Source: Sarea resinae
Lineage: Eukaryota
Direction: 5' to 3'
Length of the DNA: 64,000 bases
Assembly: GCA_026026165.1 (NCBI GenBank)
Contig: JAPEUD010000063.1
Coordinates: forward strand, 1-64,000
Under the pieces are notes generated by a model. The model was not told the DNA's origin. It made no database searches and saw only the letters and a program-made list of their open reading frames with translations. This document shows positions 57,876 to 64,000 of this stretch, in pieces. The position numbers and the translations under genes are program-made. The number at the start of each line of letters is the position of its first letter. Within the stretch, counting starts at the first letter, position 1.

Positions 57876-60800
57876 CTATTCAACATCCGACAGCAAAGAA
57901 GGCAAAACGGCAGCCGGGCCTTGCGCCTCCAACGTCTCGCGCACCACGGCCTCCAACGCGCCCGCGAGCCCGCACTCCCGGGCCCGCGCCATCCAGTCGT
58001 CCACCGCGAGCGTCTGCAACGAAGAGCGGCGGCGGCCGTCTTGCTGCTGCTGGTGGCGGCTCTCGAGGTACGCCTTTAGTTGCTCGGCCGGGATCTTGGC
58101 GGATGCGGCGGCGCAGTGGTGGAGGAAGCGTAGGCGGGGGGGATGTTCTGCGGGAGTAGTAGTAGTAGAGTCGGAGGTATTATGAGAGCTACTAGAGGTG
58201 GCAGAGAGCAGCAGCTGGTCGCGAACGCGTCGCGCGACGTCCGAGACGCGCACGAAGTCGAACTTGCCCTTCCAATGGCGCGTGTCCGGCACGGCGCCCA
58301 TCTCGAGCGAGAGCGCGATGATGTTGGCCATGAGGTCGGTCTCGGGCACGGCGGCGTCGGCGCTACCGCTGGCGGCCACGACGCTCGACGGCCGATGGAT
58401 CGTGCACGGCAGGCGCAGCTGGCGGTCCTCGGCACAGCGCTGCAGGAAGCGCTCGCTGGCCCATTTGGCCGCCACGTAGCCGTCGGACCCGTCGCGCGGC
58501 GGTGGGTGGTCCATGACGGAGACCTCGGCCAGGCTGTCGGCCGAGCCGACCAGGCGCGCCACCCCGCCCGTCGAGATGAAATGGAACGGGATGCGCCGCG
58601 GCAGCGCGAGATGCACGAGCGTCTTGGTCGACTCGAAATTCGCTTTGCGCAGCGAGCCGTACGATTTCAGGAACGAGACGTCCGCGCCGTTGTGGACGAT
58701 CCTGTCGACGCGGCCGGAGAGGGCCTGAAAGTCGGCGGGAGAGAGGCCAAGAAGAGGAGCGCTTAGGTCGCCGGCATATGGCACGATCTTGTCGGACTTG
58801 ACTTTCAGCCGATCTGAGAGGTTCGAGGACTTGTCTGGCCGGATGGCGACGCAGTGGACCCGGGAGATGTTGGGGTCCGCGACCAGAGATTGGAGAAGCG
58901 CGGACCCGACGAAGCCCGTGGCCCCTGTGAGGAGCACCTCTATATTTTCGTTGGACACTGGCTTTTCGGTCGAGCCTCTCGCTGCGAGTAATCGCTCTTC
59001 CCGTCCAATCGCCGTCTCGTCCGTCCAATCAATTTCCTTGATTTCCTGAGTGCCGCCCGATCGTAACGCGATGCGAGATGCCATCGAACCCAGCGTGCTC
59101 GTCTGGAAGAGCTCGAGCAGTGGGATCTTAGCACCCAGATCCCTGCGGACCAGGGCTTGAAGTTTGACAAGAAGCAACGAGTTTCCCCCTACTTCAAAAA
59201 AATCGGTATTGCTGTCCAGACCCAATGACGAAGTGGCCGCTTCTGGAAGACAGTCTTTCCAAATCTTGGCCAGTTTGTGTTCCAGCTCTGATCCACCTGT
59301 GATGGAGTGGCCATCTTCAACCTTGGGGAGAGGGATCGCGTTCAACGCCCGCCTATCCATCTTCCCGTTGCTATTCCGAGGTAAGTGTTTGACGGGTATC
59401 ATCATCGCCGGGATCATGTAGAGGGGTAGAGGGAGATTGCATTGCAGATCTTTCAGATAGGGCCGAATGTCTTCGACCGACTGACCAGCAGCCGGGACTA
59501 CAAAAGCAACGAGGAAACGTCGATCGCCTTCATCGTCCAGCTGCCCTCGAAGGGAGATGGCCGCGTCGGCTAATTTCCTCTCGGAAGCAAGAAGAATATT
59601 GTTAGCAATATCATCAAGCTCGATTCGGAAGCCTCGCAGTTTGATTTGACTGTCACCATCCATACGACCAAGGTACGCGAAATCGCCGGTTGTGAGAAGC
59701 CTTCCTTTGTCTCCAGTGCGGTACATTCGATTCCAGCCCCTAGCACTCGCAATGTTGTCAGGTGTAACGAATGGGTCTGAAAGGAATTTAAGCTGGGTGA
59801 GCTCTGGGTTGTTAAGGTAACCTAAGGCCACCCCAGCACCAGCGATGACGATCTCTCCAGGGAAGCCAATTGGGAGTGGAGCCAGATCCTTGTCAACAAT
59901 ATAGGTTCTATAATTCGGCAACGTCGAACCGATGGTAGGGTTCTGGATGATCATGCATGCAGGATCGCTCGTGTTGATGTTTGAGATGGAACTTGATACC
60001 GAGATCTCCGTTGGCCCATAACGATTGAGAAGATGCAGATCGGGCATTCCAAGAAGGTGAAATTCGTGAATCAAATGCGAGGGCAGAGCTTCGCCACCGA
60101 CAAAGGCAAATCGCCATGCCGTGTAGTGTCGTAGGATATCAGATCCATATCGCAACAAAGCAACGTATTCCGATGGGGTGGCATAGGTGTAGGTCACCTT
60201 TTCTGACAGCATCAACTTTGCTAGCTCAATCGGATCGCCCCTGGTTTGACGCGATGCAACAACGAGTGTGCCCCCAGATGTGACAGCTTGGAGCATCTGA
60301 TCAAGGGAGACATCAAAGCCCAATGAGCTCTGTTGCATTATGACTTCCTTACCAATGCCATACCGCTTCTTGACTCCTTGGATCTGGTTGATCAGGTTGA
60401 TATGGGTCAGAACAATACCTTTCGGGGTTCCAGTCGAGCCACTGGTATAGATGGCACAGGCGGGAGATGTGGCAACAGCCATGTTGACCACAGGAGAATG
60501 CGGAAATTCTTGTTCGTTGAAATCGCCAAAGTTGAGGATCCGGCTTTTCGATATGTTGAGCCGTCTGGTGCTTTCCTCGGTGGCCTGATGGCAAATTATA
60601 GCAGCCGGCTGACAATCCTCGACTATCAACTGAAGTCGCTCGGTAGGATTTTGGAGATCAAGTGGGACATATATGGCCCCAATTCGCTGGATAGCCAGCA
60701 GATAGCAAACCGAGTTGATTGTGGGCTCGCAATGGACAGCAACGAATTCCGTGGGTTTGACATTAGCCTTCAGGAGAGCAGAGGCAATGATGTGAATACG

Positions 60801-63800
60801 CCTGATCAGTTGACTGAAGGTCAAAGAATGTCCGGACTCATCCTTCACCGCAATATCTCCAGCTGCATCTAATTCGACTATGTCAACTATGTCCGGAATT
60901 GTAATATACTTGTTGACATCTAATTCATCCCCTTTGCCTAATTGGAGAGCTTTCTGAATGTCTGATTGGTCGAAGTACGACAGCCTTTCGATAGGAAGTG
61001 TCTGCCCATCAGCTTGAGTGACCGAGCCTAGGAGGTGAACGTAAGTTTTGAGGAGAAGAGACAAGTCCTCGTCAGTATAAAGATAAGCCTGTGATTTCAA
61101 CGAGAGCGATGTGGAACCGTTGGCTAATTCCTCGACATCAAAGGCTAGATCGTAGGGATTTTGTGCATCTTCTGAGTGAATCAATGTCGCTGTAGTATCT
61201 CCTATTGCCGCTTTCTGAAAAGTGGCGACTCTGTAATTCATGGTGACCTGGAACAGGGGACTATGAGTTGTTGACCGAGGTACCATCAATTCATCAAGCA
61301 GCACATCGAATGGTAAACGGGAGTGGTCTAATGCGCTCAACGCTTGAACTCGTGCGGCTCTCACGATGTCTTGGTATGAGTCTCCAGCTTGCAATCGAAA
61401 CCGCAAAGGAAGTAAATTGACGAAGAACCCGACCGTATCCAAGAAATCGGAATCGGTTCTATTCGCATCTATGATTCCAATAGAAACGTCTTCGAGGTTC
61501 AAGAATTTGAACAAAAGTATCTGTAGGATTGCAAGATGTGCGTGAAACAGGGTGACTCCCTGGGCACGGCTGATTGCCCTCAAAGAAGAGACAAACTTTG
61601 GTTCAATGATGGTTCGGGCAGCTCGCATGTTGTAGGATGTTAACGGCTTCCGAGACTTCACTTGACAGAAGTCAAAGAGAGGCAGCGTCGGAGGGAGGTC
61701 GGGATATTGGGACTTCCAATATGAGAGATCTGACGCCATGCTGGCATCTTCGACCAACCACGCTCGCTGTTTTGTTGCAAATTCTGTATACGGATGTGAC
61801 AGATTCTCGAGGTGTTGACCGGAGTAAGCTCTTGCTAGATCCTTGACGAAGATCTGGGCGCTGAATCCATCGAAGGCGATATGATGGAATCCGAGAATTA
61901 ACGTGTGCTTTTCGGAAGATTGGGTGAACAAGGTAGCAATCATCGTATCTCCATGTTCCAAGTCATGTATGTGCCGACGGACTTCATGGAACTTTGCCAT
62001 AACTTCGTGACCGTGCTCACTGCGAAGATGTTTCTTTTCCAGCGTAAAGGGGGAACTCGACCGCACTCCTTGCATTGCAAGGGACGTTTTCGAGTCAAGA
62101 AAGAAACTAGACCTCAACAGTTGATGCCTATTGATTACAGCTTTGAAGGCAGCCTCGAAAGCGTCCACACGCAAAGGGCCATCGATCTGATAAGCCATGG
62201 TCACGTTGTATGCGGTGGGATCCTCCAGGTACACCCTCAGGAACCAAAGTCGTTCCTGAGCAAAAGACATCCTCTCGACGTGCTGATAGGATTTGGTCGA
62301 GAGTAAGGAGTCAAGCTCTACCAAACGAGCTTGACCGTTGGTTGGAAGCTCTTTGAGATTGGGCGTGCTATAATCTCCGCTCCTAGTGGAAATACTTCCT
62401 CTTTCCGAATTATTGTCGTCGAAGAGTGATCCTGTATGAGACATGACGGAGCTGTCAAGCTCGCTTGGAGGAGTATCTCGATTGTCGTTTTCGGATTGAT
62501 CAGCTTCCTCGACAGATATCTCTGGCACGGCAGACGGTTTGTCCGTCGTGATTTCAGCCTAAATGTTAATCAGCGTCAGCGCGGTGGGCGGAAGAATTCA
62601 TATATTGTTTCAGACCTTTGGGGCATTGGCAACCTCAGCTGCCAAAGCTTCCTGTTTCGTTCTTCTCGCCGCCGCCTCACGACATAATTCAGTGACAGAG
62701 GCCCCTCCGAGTATTTTGAGCACGGAGACGTCAACATCCGTCTCTTTCAGGAACCAAGAACGAATCTCAACCGCCATTAGAGAATCTACACCGAGATTGA
62801 GAAGCGGCTGTGCTCTCTCTATATTGGCCGCAGGAACTTGTAGGATGCGCTCGAGTTTACCTACGAACGCATCTTCAATATATTGAATGGTTTCTTCGAG
62901 TGTTTGTGCGTCCTTTAGTTGCTGCTTGAGCGACACCAATGCTGTGGAAGATAGATTTTGGCCGACTGACTCCTCGTGGAAAACGTAGTGCGAGAATCTG
63001 GGATTCTCATGCCAGAAGGCTTTATCACCGTCATCTTCAGTTTTCATGATTCGGTGCAGTCCAGTGATAACCTCTGGCTGCTGTCCGGAGTCAGGTCGAC
63101 CAGCCAGGATAGCATTTGCGAACATGCCATGGAAAAGCGATTCAGAGATGGGCATATAGTTGTATTTTCGCAGGGTCGACTCGTAAACCCCCGTCTGAGA
63201 TACGTAGCCAACACCAAGAACCATTCCAATATCGAGCACTGAAGCTGGTAGTCCATTCTGTCGGCGCCATGCGGCAAAGCTTGTCATAAACAAGTTGGCG
63301 GCTCCATAATTTGATTGCCCACGGTTACCGACGACGCTGGCCAGAGACGAGAACAGAATGAAGAAGTCAAGGTCTTTTTTAGGCAGACACTCGTGGAGAT
63401 TCTTGGTCCCGTCCACTTTAGGCTTCAAGACCTGAAGGAAATCTTGAATAGACAAGTCACCAAACAGCTTGTCTGATAGGACCATGGCCGCGTTAGCAAC
63501 CCCTGCGACTGGTGGTAGTGTACGAGAGATTTCGTCGCACACACGGATCAGCGCCGTTCTGTCGGAAACATCAAGTCCATAAACTTTGATGATTCCGCCC
63601 ATCTCGCGAAGTTCCTCAAGCCAAATTGAATCGACTGTACTGGCATTTCTGCTGGTGAGAACCAAGTACCTAGCGCCATTGCGAAGCATATATCTCGTTA
63701 GAGATTTTCCAAGGCCACCTGTGCAACCGGAGAGGAAATATGTCCTGTCATTCCTGAACAATTCGCTTGATATTATCGGTTTGACGATTGTTGGAACATT

Positions 63801-64000
63801 CCCAGCCTTTGTGAAATCAACCACGTAATGATACGGTTTCGGAGAAAGATCTGCAGCCAACTCCTGAAGTGTGATCTTGCTTGCCGTACACTTTTGTCGT
63901 CGGAGGAAGGCTGTTTCCGAGATAAGGTGAGCCTGAGATAGCTTGTCACGAAGCGAGAGTGTTTCCAAGGCCGAAGAAATCTTGGCTCCCTTATCGAATA
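57876..64000 (-). CDS. hybrid PKS-NRPS, 3' part (KR-ACP-C-A-T-R); 5' part lies beyond the window
   Basis: KR (FLSGCTGGLG, GQSNYGAAN), ACP (LGVDSL), in-phase intron 62559-62615, C (MSFAQERLWFL, HHIAFDG), A (IYTSGSTGTPKG, FDVS, YGPTE, YRTGD, QIKLRGFRIEL, NGKMDR), T (FFEVGGNSL), R (LLTGATGFVG, HNGA, GYVAAKW). The frame stays open to base 64000. Confidence 0.97.

Overview
Intron-containing DNA from a filamentous ascomycete (Pezizomycotina); the species cannot be identified from the sequence. Bases 1-45,000 are a housekeeping block: SREBP-type bHLH factor, GAF-domain free Met-R-sulfoxide reductase, Cdc14, Pcc1, two conserved hypothetical/Ser-Pro-rich proteins, PP2A activator, NAD kinase, Rrp46, Mnn9, a Ser-rich protein, FacB/Acu-15, a SET protein, a small hypothetical protein and an OBG-family GTPase, with microsatellite-rich spacers. 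From ~47.4 kb to the window end is a secondary-metabolite cluster: Zn2Cys6 regulator, ATP-grasp ligase, SABATH-type carboxyl methyltransferase, aldehyde dehydrogenase, atypical pepsin-like protein, and the 3' half (KR-ACP-C-A-T-R) of a PKS-NRPS hybrid. The tailoring genes match the fusarin C/NG-391/lucilactaene pattern (FUS9/FUS7/FUS4/FUS1-like). This cluster adds an ATP-grasp ligase, a local regulator and an A-domain pocket containing Arg, and is the best candidate for an undescribed system. Other points: a 5-nt micro-exon, a GC-AG intron, a dispersed TACTCCGTA/TACTCCGGAGTA motif, and GC-rich gene ends next to microsatellite spacers. All family calls come from motif recognition by eye; no searches were run.
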